Below, piece after piece: positions 39,691 through 53,270 of a stretch of DNA of 64,000 nt. Location of the stretch: assembly GCF_009914755.1 (NCBI RefSeq), contig NC_060943.1; one strand, given 5' to 3'. The position numbers and the translations under genes are program-made. This stretch comes from the human T2T-CHM13v2.0 reference genome, Homo sapiens. Under the pieces are notes generated by a model. That model searched no databases and was not told the origin of the DNA. It saw nothing but the letters and a program-made list of their open reading frames with translations. Within the stretch, counting starts at the first letter, position 1, and every line of letters begins with the position of its first letter.

Positions 39691-40994
39691 AGATCTAGAG
39701 AAACACTTTTGAGCCCTTTTATTTTGCTCAACAGTTAAGCATGGCTCCATGTCCCTTATATTTAGTCAGAACTCGGTATGTTTTAAGGAAAGAATGGTTA
39801 CACGAAGACATACATTCATTCATTTATACAACACATTTTCAGTGTTGAATGATAAATTTTGGAATAGTTAACAGATGATAAAAGTGTTGGTTTCAGTCAT
39901 CCCTATCCAATGAAGTAAAAAAAAAAGTGTTGAATGGGAAGAAATCAAGAATAGTTATACGAATATCACCATTGCATTAAAGCTCTCTTCCTTGTTTCTA
40001 AAAGAATATCTTGACACACATTAAGCTCACTGACCCCCACACCATGAATGAGGGCATCTTCAACAATGGTGGATGACGTCTTAGTTTCCCTCAACTCAGT
40101 TAATCTAAGTAAGCTCATGGTATCACTTTCCTGTCCTAGAGGGAACATATTTCCTGCATTTTTCTTTTTTTCCTTACTTTCCATCACCAAGTAACTCTTC
40201 TGATATTTTTTCTCTTGAGAAAATTAATATGACTCATAGATCTGGTTCCCAAGAGAAACCAATGGAGGCCTGGTTACAAGGATCTAAGAAGCACCAGTGG
40301 GTCTCTAACATCTAGTGGTACTAATTAACTCTGTTAATCATTGGGAAGAAAATGTATACATACTTTTGTCTTGGAGCTGATTCTACTAGAAAGCAGAAAT
40401 CAAAATGATCAGTTTCCCAGTGTCACTACTGCACACCCTGGAACAGAACAGGTAGGTCAGAAAAACGCTCCCAAAGTTTAGCAATGTCAAGGCAATCTCT
40501 CTCTTCTTACATTTCCCTTCAACCTTCCATCTCCTCCACTTTTCTGTTTTCCTCCTATCTCCAATTATTTCAATCCTCAGAGCATTATTCTTACAATCTT
40601 AATCACTAAATTATATTACACCCGTTAAAGGAGAGATTTCTAAATGCATTGACATTTGTACTGTCTCTCTTTGGAGAATTAGTATTATAAGGATCTGTTA
40701 TCTCTTGTCACCTTCCTTATGTCATATGATATGTCACATTTCCCACTGCGGAGACCAAACATGTTCACGTCGTGTGCGTTCCATTTTCCTAATGGAAAGT
40801 GGGGGGAAGTGATTTTCTGTCCTCATATAGAGAATGCTGGGGCCATTCCCTCTGTATGCCATATTTGATAAAGCATTTGATAATCTTAGTCAATGCCTGG
40901 GCCAAGAATTAAAGGGGTAATTATCAGAATGAAAATGGTTTAATGAAACTGTGTCTATCAGTTCTGAAAAGGGCCTCTATCACAATGAACTAAG

Positions 40995-42128
40995 GTAGTT
41001 ATGAATAGAGCTAAAACTTAGGCAACACCATCCTGGACATAGGAACGGGCAAAGATTTCATGACAAAGACACGGAAACCAATCACAACAAAAGCAAAAAT
41101 TGAGAAGTGGAATCTAATAAAACAATAGCTTCTGCACAGCAAAAGAAGCTACCAACAAAGTAAACAGACAACCTACAGAATGGGAGAAAATATTTGCCAA
41201 CTGTAAGTCTGACAAAAATCTAATATCTGGCAGCTATAAGGAACTTAAATTTACAAGACAAAAACAACCCCATTAAAAAGTGGGCAAAGAACATGAATAG
41301 ACACTCTCAAAAGAAGATATACATATGGTTAACAAGCATATGAAAAAAAAGCTCAATATACTGAGCATTAGAGAAATGCAAATCAAAACCATATTGAGAT
41401 ATCATCTCATACCAGGCAGAATGGCTATTATTAAAAAGTCAAAAATAACAGATATCGGTGAGGTTACAGAGAAAAGGGAACACTTATACACTGTTGGTGG
41501 GACTGTAAATTATTTCAACCATTGTGGAAAGCAGTATGGGATGGCGATTCCTCAAAAAGCCAAAAACAGAACTATCATTCAACCCAGCAATTCCATTACT
41601 GGGTATATACCCAGAAGAATATAAATCGTTCTACCATAAAGACGCATGCATGAGAATGTTCATTGCAGCACTACTCACAATAGCAGAGACATGGAATCAA
41701 CTTAAATGCCCATCAGTAACAGACTGGATAAAGAAAGTGTGGTACAGATACACCGTGGATTACTATGCAGCCATAAAAAAGAACAAGATCATGTCTTTGA
41801 CAGGAACATGGATGGAGCTGGAGGCTACTATCCTTAGCAAACTAAGGCAGGAACAGAAATCCAAATACCACATGTTCTCACTTATGAGTGTGAGATAAAT
41901 GATGAGAACTTACAAACACAAAGAAGGAAACAACAGGCATTGGGGTCTACTTGAGGACGATGGGAAGAGGGAGAGGAGCAGAAAAGATAACTACTGACTA
42001 CTGGGCGCTACCTGGGGGATGAAATAATCTGTACAACGAACCCCCAGGACATGAGTTTACCTATGTAACAAACCTTCACATGTACCCCCGAACCTAAAAT
42101 AAAAGTCAAAAAAAAAAAAGAAAAAAAG
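40995..42128 (+). mobile_element. L1PA (older primate) 3' about 1.1 kb
   Basis: ORF2 C-terminal peptides (IREMQIKT.LRYHL, MFIAALLTIAETW), 3'UTR and poly(A) tail. Confidence 0.93.
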
Positions 42129-43079
42129 AAAAATCCATGCATATGATACATCAGTTAACAAGGCACTGGTGAAATTAATTTTAAGTATTATTGTCTCTTT
42201 GTGTTTTTGGTCTCAGAAAAGTTACGATTTCCCTTAGTTCCTTAGGGCAGAGAGAATCTTCAATCACTGAAGTCAGGAGACACACATTCTATCTGATTTT
42301 CTACATTATCTGTTTGAAAAGGTTACCCACTTATTAGTGTTAAAGCCAAGATATCCAGCAAGGATAGCAACCAACTCTTAAGGTACTCTCCCTTAGGAGG
42401 ATTCCTGATTCTTTAATGTTTTCTAAAAAAGCAAAACAAACAAACAAACAAAACAAAACACTAAATGTTTTCTCTTTCAACTTATTTGAATACACTCTTT
42501 TCTCACTGCTCTGAGCATGAATTCAATATTTCAGGGCAAACTAACTGAATGTTAGAACCAACTCCTGATAAGTCTTGAACAAAAGATAGGATCCTCTATA
42601 AACAGGTTAATCGCCACGACATAGTAGTATTTAGAGTTACTAGTAAGCCTGATGCCACTACACAATTCTAGCTTTTCTCTTTAGGATGATTGTTTCATTC
42701 AGTCTTATCTCTTTTAGAAAACATAGGAAAAAATTATTTAATAATAAAATTTAATTGGCAAAATGAAGGTATGGCTTATAAGAGTGTTTTCCTATTGTTT
42801 TCAGTGTAGGACTCACTGTTCTAAATAACTGGGACACCCAAGGATTCTGTAAAATGCCATCCAGTTATCATTTATATTCCCTAACTCAAAATTCATTCAC
42901 ATGTATTCATTTTTTTCTAAACAAATTAGCATGTAGAATTCTGGTTAAAATTTGGCATAGAACACCCGGGTATTTTTTCATAATGCACCCAATAACTGTC
43001 ATTCACTAATTGAGAATGGTGATTTAACAAAGGATAATAAAGTTATGAAACCAATGCCACAAAACATCTGTCTCTAACT

Positions 43080-43080
<1 letters not shown>

Positions 43081-43123
<43 letters not shown>
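43081..43123. repeat. (GT)n microsatellite
   Basis: About 21 GT units. Confidence 0.97.
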
Positions 43124-43129
<6 letters not shown>

Positions 43130-44195
43130 GGAGAGAGAGAAAATTTCACTCCCTCCATAAATCTCACAGTATTCTTTTCTTTTTCCTTTCCTTTCCTTGC
43201 TCTTCTTTCTCTCCTATTGCTTTCCTTTCATTTCCTTCTCATAAAAGAAAAATAACAATATAGAAAATAACAAAATATAGATGGTCAACCTTTTTAATAT
43301 TAAGGTTACCTAAAATGCCATTATCCAAAGTGGTTCTCTAGAGATGCTGATGTATATACTTACATATTTTACAGTGTATTCAAATAAAGAGTATATTACA
43401 TAAGACATATCCTTTTGTAACCAACTTTTGTCATTAACAATTTACTGGACTTGTCAACAAACCTAAATCTGTATCGTCTATAATGGCTACGTTCATTTTG
43501 GTATGAATCTTAATTACCCCTTTCTGCATTATTTAATGATTTTCTCATATGTCACTCTTAAATGTACTTCTAATTTTTCACTTTACATCACATAATGAAT
43601 GGATCCAAATATGTTATGGATAGATATCTTCAAACTTTCTACTTACAAGTAGTGATAATAACAGATGTTCTCTCTAAAGTGTAGTTGGTATCAATTTTAC
43701 TGACCTTTAAAAATATCTTAATGGGACAAAGTTCAAATATTTGATGACCAGCTATCGTGACCTTTATCTCTGTGGCTCTGTGGGCCTGTAGTTTTTACGT
43801 GCTTTTAGTGTATCATGATTAAATATTTTGTTTTAGTAAAGACACCATTATTTCCCAACTTCATATTCAAATTGTCAAAGGTATTAATCCTAGAGCAGAA
43901 CTCTCAAAAGCACCAACTCTGATTCCTAACAAAGCATGGAAAAGCCCTCTCTCTGAGTTTCAGATACTCTTTTTTGTGGGGGTTGAGTTTCACTTTATTT
44001 AAAGTGAGTCTTAATCCTCCAACAAGTCAACAAGTGATTGGCTGGAATCACACGTATTGGAAAACCAGCAGAAGAGTAAGTCTTTGCATTTTATGCTACT
44101 GTACCTCTGGGATTAATTGCTCTTTCCCTCATTGGCCAGTCACTCTTAGTGTGTGATTAATGCCTGAGACTGTGTGAAGTAAGAGATGGATCAGA

Positions 44196-44488
44196 GGCCG
44201 GGCGCGGGGGCTCGCGCCTGTCATCCCAGCACTTTGGGAGGCCGAGGCGGGCGGATCACGAGGTCAGGAGATCGAGACCATCCCGGCTAACACGGGGAAA
44301 CCCCGTCTCCACTAAAAATACAAAAAGTTAGCCGGGCGCGGTGGCGGGCGCCTGCGGTCCCAGCTGCTGGGGAGGCCGAGGCGGGAGCATGGCGGGAACC
44401 GGGAGGCGGAGCTTGCGGTGAGCCGAGATGGCGCCACCGCACTCCAGCCTGGGCGACCCAGCGAGACTCCGCCTCAAAAAAAAAAAAA
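44196..44488 (+). mobile_element. AluY with extreme GC/CpG enrichment
   Basis: AluY-type GATCACGAGGTCAGGAGATCGAGACCATCC; poly(A); imperfect duplication AAGA(A)GAT(G/T)GATCAGA. Confidence 0.95.
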
Positions 44489-45066
44489 GAAGATTGATCA
44501 GAGAGTACATCCCCTAAGGGTACATGCAGATAAATACAATTAAGGCGATTAACATTTCAAACACGGTGACTGTTTCTTACGTGGACGACGTTGTGTTGAA
44601 CATGGGTGAGTAAGACTGAAGCAGCCGTAATTACTGCACGATGCGCATGGTAAAGAAGCACTCCGTTACGGAAATTATATTCTTTGCCCCTCTAATCCTT
44701 CACTCCACCTGCCATTTTCCCACATGATTTTTTTCTTTGCTGTTCTTGTCTAATTGTTATTAATAATTAATAAATAACTTATGATCTAATTGTTATTAAT
44801 AATTAATAACTTATCATCACATGATTTATTAATAAATTAATAAATAACTTATGATCACCGCATTTCCCCAATTCATTTATCTTTCTTTCATTTTCTCTCT
44901 TTGTGTGTTTTCTGTCTTCATATTTCAGCACTTGCCACATATTTCCCACAAAATCATTTATGGTCAAACAACACTTCAACGTGTAGCATTTGTATTTCTC
45001 AATTCTTCCTCACTTTCTTCCTTCAGAATACTAAAGCTTCTTCTCTACTGACTGAGTCAATGGCCA

Positions 45067-45981
45067 ATGGATAGAGTAAATAATTCTGCGGTATCTAAAT
45101 TTGTATTGATTGGACTTTCAAGCTCTTGGGAGATGCATCTTTTTCTTTTTTGGTTCTTCTCTGTGTTCTACATGGGAATTATCCTGGAAAATCTCTTCAT
45201 TGTGTTCACAGTAATTATTGACTCTCATTTAAATTCCCCAGGTACTGCCTACTGGCCAACATTTATCTTCTTGATCTGGGTCTTCTCCTACAGTTCTGAC
45301 TTTTTCACTAACTGCAGCATCATTTCTTTTCCAAGATGCATGATACAGATATTTTTCATTTGTGTCATGCGTAAAAATTGAGATGGTGCTGCTCATAACC
45401 ATGGCATAGAGCAGGTACACTGCCAATCTGTAAGCCTCCCCATTACCTGACCACAATGAACCCCAAAATGTGTGTTTCCTTTGTTGGAGGCATCCTGGAT
45501 AGTCAGGATAATCCATGCTGTATCTCAGTTTGTTTTTGCCATAAACTTGCCTTTTTGTGGCCCTAATAGAGTAGGTAGTTTTCACTGTGATTTTCCTTAT
45601 GTCATGAAACTTGCTTGTGTAGATACTTACAAACTAGAGGTTGTAGTCACTGCTAACAGTGGGCTTATATCCATAGCTACCTGTTTCTTATTAATAATAT
45701 CCTATATTTTCATTTCGGTAACCGTCTAGAATCCTTCTTCAGGAGACTTATCTAAAGCATTTGTGTCATGTTAGATCACATCACAGTAGGGATTTTGTTT
45801 TTTATGCCATGCATATTTCTCTATGTGTAGCCTTTGCCTAAAACAACACATGATTAATATTTGTTCATTGTTCCTTTTGCTATCACCCCTGTCTAGGATC
45901 TACACATTAAGAAACAAAGACATGAACGTCTCCATGGAAAGACTGGGAAAATGGATTGCAGGTTCTAGCAGGATGTCATAA
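45067..45981 (+). pseudogene. OR4G3P: OR4G olfactory receptor pseudogene with multiple frameshifts and stops
   Basis: Fragments MDRVNNSAVSKFVLIGLS.., LPFCGPNRVGSFHCDFPYVMKLAC and YTLRNKDM lie in different frames. Paralog number inferred. Confidence 0.85.
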
Positions 45982-47324
45982 TAAATGGTGCATATCCAGA
46001 GTGCAAGATGATTCAGTCTCACCAAGAACACTGAAAGTCACATGGCTACCAGCATTATTGTGATAAGAACTACTATTTTGGGAGATAGTTTAGCAAAGGT
46101 GCCATGTAGAAATTGATTAAGTCAGAGGTATCTTTAACTTGCCACCACAGAGAAGAGATTAATTTCATATACTTCCATTGAGAAGAGAGATAAGAATACA
46201 AAACCAAGCTGATTTGCAGGAGTAAACTTGATATTCAAATACTATTTCCTGAATGACATTTTCTGAGACATGCTAATTGTAATTACTTTCAGCTTCAAAA
46301 CATAATAAATTTATCTCATAGTAAGCATATAGATGGAATAAATAAAATGTGAACTTAGGTAAATTATAAATTAATAAAGTATATTTTTAAAATTTCCATT
46401 TTACTTTCTGTTTAAATTAGAATAAGAAACAGAAACAACTATGTAATACGTGTGCAAAGCCCTGAACTGAGATTTGACTTTACCTTGAGCTTTGTCAGTT
46501 TACGATGCTATTTCAGTTTTGTGCTCAGATTTGAGTGATTGCAGGAAGAGAATAAATTTCTTTAATGCTGTCGAGACTTTAAATAGATACAGACAGAGCA
46601 TTTTCACTTTTTCCTACATCTCTATTATTCTAAAAATGAGAACATTCCAAAAGTCAATCATCCAAGTTTATTCTAAATAGATGTGTAGAAATAACAGTTG
46701 TTTCACAGGAGACTAATCGCCCAAGGATATGTGTTTAGAGGTACTGGTTTCTTAAATAAGGTTTTCTAGTCAGGCAAAAGATTCCCTGGAGCCTATGCAT
46801 CTGTGGTTGATATTTTGGGATAAGAATAAAGCTAGAAATGGTGAGGCATATTCAATTTCATTGAAGATTTCTGCATTCAAAATAAAAACTCTATTGAAGT
46901 TACACATACTTTTTTCATGTATTTGTTTCTACTGCTTTGTAAATTATAACAGCTCAATTAAGAGAAACCGTACCTATGCTATTTTGTCCTGTGACTCTCC
47001 AAGAACCTTTCTAAGTTATTCTACTTAATTGCTTTATCACTCATATGAATGGGAATTTCTTCTCTTAATTGCTGCTAATCTCCCCCATCTTCATATACTC
47101 TACCGGGCTTCTGGAACACCACAGCTTCCTGGCTTTTTCTCCTACCTCCTGGGCAAGTCCTTCCCTGTGTCTTTTGTTGAGTGTTCCTCATCTGCTTAAC
47201 CACCAATCAACCTATTGCCCCTAATTTGATCTTTGGCCTGTTTTCACTTAGATTCTATCCCTACGTATCACCCATTCCCACAGCTTTAATTACCATCTAA
47301 ACACTAGGGGCTCTCAAACCTTCT

Positions 47325-47520
47325 ATTTTTTCTTTCTTTCTTTCTTTCTTCCTTCCTCCTTTTCTTTCCTTTTCTTTCTTTCATTCTTTCTTTCTTTTTT
47401 AAGGGGCAGGGTCTCACTATGTTGCTGAGGCTGGTCTCAAACTCCTGACCTCAAGCAATCTGTCTGCTTCAGCCTCCCAAGTAGCTGAGAATACAGGGAC
47501 AAGCCATTGCACCTGACCCT
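47325..47520 (-). mobile_element. Alu monomer (FLAM/AluJ) with (TTTC)n tail
   Basis: GGTCTCACTATGTTGC..CTGGTCTCAAACTCCTGACCTCAAGCAATC preceded by a TTTC tract. Confidence 0.85.
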
Positions 47521-50500
47521 GGTACTATTTCTTGAGTTCCTGATCCACAGATCTAACCTCCTACTTTCCTGGATGCCACACAAGATCTTCCACTCAACAA
47601 GTCTGCAACTAAACTAGCCTTCCTCTTTTCAAACCTACTCTTCTTTCAGTGTTCTCAGTCACAATAATTTGTACCAACTAGTTACCTAGTTGCACAACCC
47701 AAAATCTGGGGAAAATAATAGATTTCTTTCTCCATAGTACCCCAAAATCAATAAATCATCAAGTCTTATTCTACCTTCCAAAGAGCCTTACATATGTTCC
47801 TTTATTTTCATCTGTAACACCACTATTCCTGTCTAAGCCTACCTATGTCATTTTTGGAAGAGAATATAGTCACCTATGCGATCTTCCCACTTAAAATCCT
47901 ATTATCTACGCTTCAGTAAAAGAAAAAAAATTTTTAATCTAAGTATGTAATTCTTTTGCTAAAGACAATTCACATGCTTCTGTGCCCTTAAACTGGTATG
48001 TTATCATGGTATAGTAGGCCATCCAAGACCTGGCTTCCTTCCTTTTTTTCAGTCTCAGAGAATAACATACTCTTTCCCTGCAACTCCAGATCCAATTTGG
48101 TTTTCTTTTACTTGCCTGGAAACTTCAAATTCTATCAACTCTGGGGCTTTCCACTAGCTAATCATTTTGTATACAATATTTGTCCTTCATGTTTTGCCTC
48201 TTAACATCTCAGCTTTCAGTTTCATCATTTTACCAGGGAGGCCTCCCAGAACCTGAGTCCAGAAGAGTTCCTTCCATTGTATATTCCTCTAGCACTACCT
48301 ATTACCTCTTTTGTAAGACTAACAGCCCTCAAAATTTTTCATTCAGTGATGTCTTCCTCATTGCATTTTAAGTTCAACATGAGCAGGACTTTGTCATGTT
48401 CACCTCTATCACATCATAAATATAGCAAAGAGTAAAACTATTGCAACATGACTAATGTATTGAACGATGCTTCAGCTTTCTTCTTACGTTCAATCACAGG
48501 TCATACGACTAAAGAACTTCCTTTTTAATCTCCTTTTCTATTCTCAATTAATTTCCTCTGCCTGCATCACCTCAAGTCTCTGGGGTGAAATCCACTAATG
48601 AATTCCTTTTGCAGCTTAAGCCAATTCCAATCTTGAGCCAATCTCAGGTGAAGAAGCCTGTAAATTATCACTCTCAGTCCTCTCTTGTACTACTAGGTCT
48701 CATGAACTCTTCATTAACAACTCCAGCTTCTCTGTTAGCCCAAAAGCCTTTTGCTGCCTAGAAAACCCATGATTCATGCCTCAGGAAACAGCCTTCAAAT
48801 CACAACATGTTCTGTATCTGGCTGGCCAACTCCCTGCAACTTATTTCTGCCTAGATGCTCCCTCATTCATTTCAATACGCTGTTCGGCCTGCTACCCCAG
48901 TTTCCCACTTAGAACAATGGCACACAGGACAGGAGCACATTGGCACATCAGAATGACTTATGTACTGCTCATTGTGTTGCAGAAGAGACCTCTGTGGGGG
49001 CAATAGAACAGATTTTCCTCTCACGTCACTGTAGTTGTGGTTTCCCTAAGCACCTACACTGTTTTACCTCATCTTAGGTAGACAATAATCCATGTAACTG
49101 ACTGTGTATCCTAATTTTAAAAAATATTTCTGCCCACATTATTCTGCAGTTTTTATCTTGCTTACGTATTTTTGGAATGTTACTATTTTTCAAAAATTAA
49201 TTTGGGATCAACCAACATTTCTTATTCTGCTGCTGTTCTAGAGAAAATCATTTTCCTCATTTCTGAACAAGAGAAAATGAAATACAGCTCTAAACAAATG
49301 CCACTGTAAACCAAGGTGGAGCCTTTGCACTTTCAGGCCACCATGATAACCTGGAGATTAGATTTTTCTGTGTCTTTACATCAATAATAAAGCCAAGCTT
49401 CTCCAGGGGTATCCACTAGGCTTGTCTCAATGGCTCAATACAGGTCCTTTTGTGAATGATTACCTCACCCTCATGGAAACACACTCTTGTTACAGAAACT
49501 CAGAATGATTCTATTTTTTCTTTTATATTTGTATATGTTTTTCCAATACCTCTGAAAAAACTGATCCAAAAAAAAATACAAATTTTAATTGTAGCCAGTC
49601 AATTCAGGAAGGACAAAGGTCAAAAACTTTCAAAGAAACCTTCAACCCCAACACACTAAACTTTGGGAGCACAGGTTGGCATCCAGAGGTAAACATTTGC
49701 TATAACTGATAACAGGAGAAGGATCCATTTATTCACCTGTTATCAATTACAGGCATTGTATTTAAAGATCAGATGTTTTATATTTATTTCTTCAAATTTC
49801 ATTCATGGTGCCATAAGTGAAGGTATGTCTGTCCACCCTGAATATATTTTCACTCCCTCATCTCAGTCATTCCGAACAATTCACACACTAAGATTACCCA
49901 TGCTAAATGGGGATTCTTTTTTACTAGCCAATGTAGTACCTCAAATCCTTCCTTCCTTCCCCCTATTTCATCAGCAGGCAATTCTTTTGATACTTTTGTC
50001 AAGGGGAAATTGTGTGACTCAGAGATCTAGTCCCCAAGAGAAACTAATAATGGGCTGGGTATTGTCTGTCTCAGCAGCATCAGTGGGTCCCTCTCCTGTG
50101 CAGCTAATTAGCTTCCTTTCCAATATGAAGAATCTTATATATAGCTTTGTCTTTGGGGTATTACATAAATGAAGATTAAGCTATCTGAATTTCTCCTTCT
50201 CCTAAAAATGCACATCCTATGACTGAAAAGACAGGTAAAAGAGATGCTTTTAATTACAAAACCTTCCCTGTCGTGGTTGCTTCTCTCTATCCTTCTAAAC
50301 TCCCTTTCAATTTCTTCTCTTCTGTAACATATTTGTGCCCAAAATCTTCTGCTTTCTGAAATATTTTATCTTTTTCTTCCACACTATCTCTTATTTTCAA
50401 ATTTTAATCATTAAATTATATTATGTCTTATAAAACTAATCCCACATATAAACCCCTATGATAATTTCAGTTTGTCCCTAGTATGAAGTTCTTTAAAGAT

Positions 50501-52959
50501 GTGTAGTTTTCTAACTTTCATGCTCTCCAATTCATTATAAACTTCATTTTCCACTCTGAAAAGGAGATGTGTGATCTCGTCTATTTCCATCCTATTTGAA
50601 AACCAGATTTAGTTTTAAACCAGAGGAAGGGAATCTCAAGTCTTTACCTCCCACAGTCTGGTGTGATTCTCTCTCTTTTGGTATTACCTTCCTCCACATT
50701 GGAACACTCCAGCCAATGCATAGGCTGAGAGGCTATCTCAGATTCAGAAAGATTTGGCCTCATCCCAGGGGAGGGTACAGAGGAGCTGATGGCTATGAAT
50801 TCTGAAATGGAACTGTTCCAGGTTGAAGAAATAAGAAAGGGAATTGGGAAGAGCAATGCCCAGTGAAAAAGAAGAAATAATATTTTAGGAAGTGAATGCT
50901 AATTTTATTTTAAACAAAATAAGAACTCAAGGAATAAGAGGGTTCTTCCAATAGGTTAGAGTGATCCTGTCAAACATATATGCTTCTAGATTTTTTTAAA
51001 GACTGTTTCTACCAAGAAAGCATAGACCACTATTGAGAAAGATCATTAAACTGGAATTTAGGAGGTCTGCCTTCTGATTCTGACTTCTTGAATGTATTGT
51101 TAGCCATTTAACCACACTGTGTTGTTTCTCATTCTACCTGTAGAATCTCAAAGTTCTTTCCCACTTCTATACAAAACTGTAATTCTGAACATCCTTTTTG
51201 TTTAATATAAGTCTGCATTTCCTGTTTGAAGATATGTGTCCCAGACCCTAAATGACTGACAAATTTTAAATCTCCAATAGGAAAGATGACAAACTCTATG
51301 GAAACTTGGCTTCTGAAGAACTCCTAGAAGCTTTCCAAAGTCATCAGTGTTTCCTAAGAAGGCAGAGAAATCAAACACATGGTCTTTTCCTCTAGACAAG
51401 CTCCTTTGGGTCATCAGGATTTCTTCAACAATAAAATGTAATAATTCCAAATGTTTGTAACAGAATGGGTAGGACTTTCTTCACTTATTTAAATACTCCC
51501 TTTTTTATGCAACTGAGTTTTCATCAACAAGTACAAGCTTGTGAAGGAGTACTTTAAAATGCAATTTCTCTCTATTTTTGTGGGGGCTAATATTTTATTT
51601 CTCATATTGACAATTTATTATGCTGTTTTTAGAAAGTTCATTCATCAAGTATTTCTTGAGCTTTTTCTATGAGACAGGCACTGTTTTAGGCAAGTAATTA
51701 TGCACTGAACAATGCAAAAAGTTTCCCTGCACTCATGGACTTTAATTTTACATTTATGAAAAGCTACAAATATTAGAATAAGTAAAATACTGCCTGGAGG
51801 CTAAAGCATATTTTGATCACTTATTCCCTAATTCTTTTAGAAGAGAACTCACCTGTTGGTTAGCTGAACCACTGCCAGTGATATCCAACTATACATTCAA
51901 TCCCACCATACCTCATTATCACACTTATTCACTCACAAGCTTAAACTCTTAACTTTTCTCCACATATCAGTGACTATTTCCTACAGCTTTTCTTTTACTT
52001 TCCATGTTTGCAGTGACAATATACATAAACAGTGTATGAAAACTCAAGTAAAATCTACTCTCTCAGGTGTTCATAATGCATCAATGTATATTGCTTTAAG
52101 CCTGAAGGTAACCTAAGTAAAGATGTACCATGTTCCACCAATGCTTCTTTTGATCATCATTTTATCCTGTTTTTTCTTTAGGATTCTTTCTTATTCCTTC
52201 CCCTGACCCTTCTTTTATTCTCCAAATTTCTTTCCAATTCATCTTTGTTCTTCCCTTTCCTTTTTACTCTCTTTAAACATTCTATGGACTCTGCCTCCTT
52301 CACACTGATATTGAACGCCCATAGTTTCATATTTTGGATTGCGATTGTTTTATTTTAAAATGGCAAATGTTCATGTTATAAAGAGAATTTTTCAGTCTTT
52401 AGACTAATAGGTTCATGTAGTTTGGGATTTTCCTCTTTAAGAAAATTAATTATCACTCACACTCCAAGACAAACACCATTTCAGTAGCAATATGAATTTC
52501 AGTAGTAATAGGAATCTCCAAATATGACAAAGTAATTCAGACATTAATTGCTTTTGTTTTGGAATTGCTCTTATAAGATGAAATATCACTTTCATGATGA
52601 GAGTCCTAGAGTGCTTGGTTTATATATTGTATCTTAGTTTTAACAGGATAAAACACTTGATCCTAAGCAGTAAACATGATTCTTCAGCTTCAACTTCATT
52701 TCTTTATAAATAACTATTTATGAATTGGTGTTGAGCTTAGCAAGTCACCAAACACCTTCTGCTCAGCAGCATAAAGGACATTTCCATGAAACCTCCCAGG
52801 GATAATCTTATTTACTCTATAATGTTTCCCGGGTTCAATTCCTCTCCCAAAATCCTTTGTTCTTAAGCCCCTATGATCTGGGTGATCTAAATATGGGTAA
52901 GAAGTCCAGGGATAGCACTATGAATGAAGTGAAAATAGTAAAACATAGTTAAAAATGTA

Positions 52960-53270
52960 CAGATGCTCTCTGACTTATAATAGGGTTATGTCCTGATAAA
53001 TCCATCATAAGTCAAAAATGCATTTAATATTCCTAATGTACCTCACATCATAGTTTGGCCTAGCCTACCTTAAATGTGCTCAGAACACTTTCATTAGCTT
53101 ATATAAGATCACCTAATACAAAGCCTATTTTATAATAAAATATTGAATAGCTCACGTAATATACTGACTACTATACTCAAGTACAGTTTCTTCTGAATGC
53201 ATGTCACTTTCTCACCATTGTAAAGTCAAACAATTATAAGTCAAACTATCACAAGCCAGGGACCATCCAT
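52960..53270 (+). mobile_element. Tigger-family MITE (MER47-like)
   Basis: TA|CAGATGCTCTCTGACTTATAATAGGGTTATGTCCTGATAAATCCATCATAAGTC start and a complementary far end. Confidence 0.7.

Noticed and set aside
41325-41898. ORFs resembling reverse-transcriptase protein C-termini (also 26313-26555)
   Set aside because: Fragments of truncated L1 ORF2, not genes or active elements.
44750-44860. AT-rich local duplications (TAATTGTTATTAATAATTAATAA)
   Set aside because: Ordinary low-complexity slippage.
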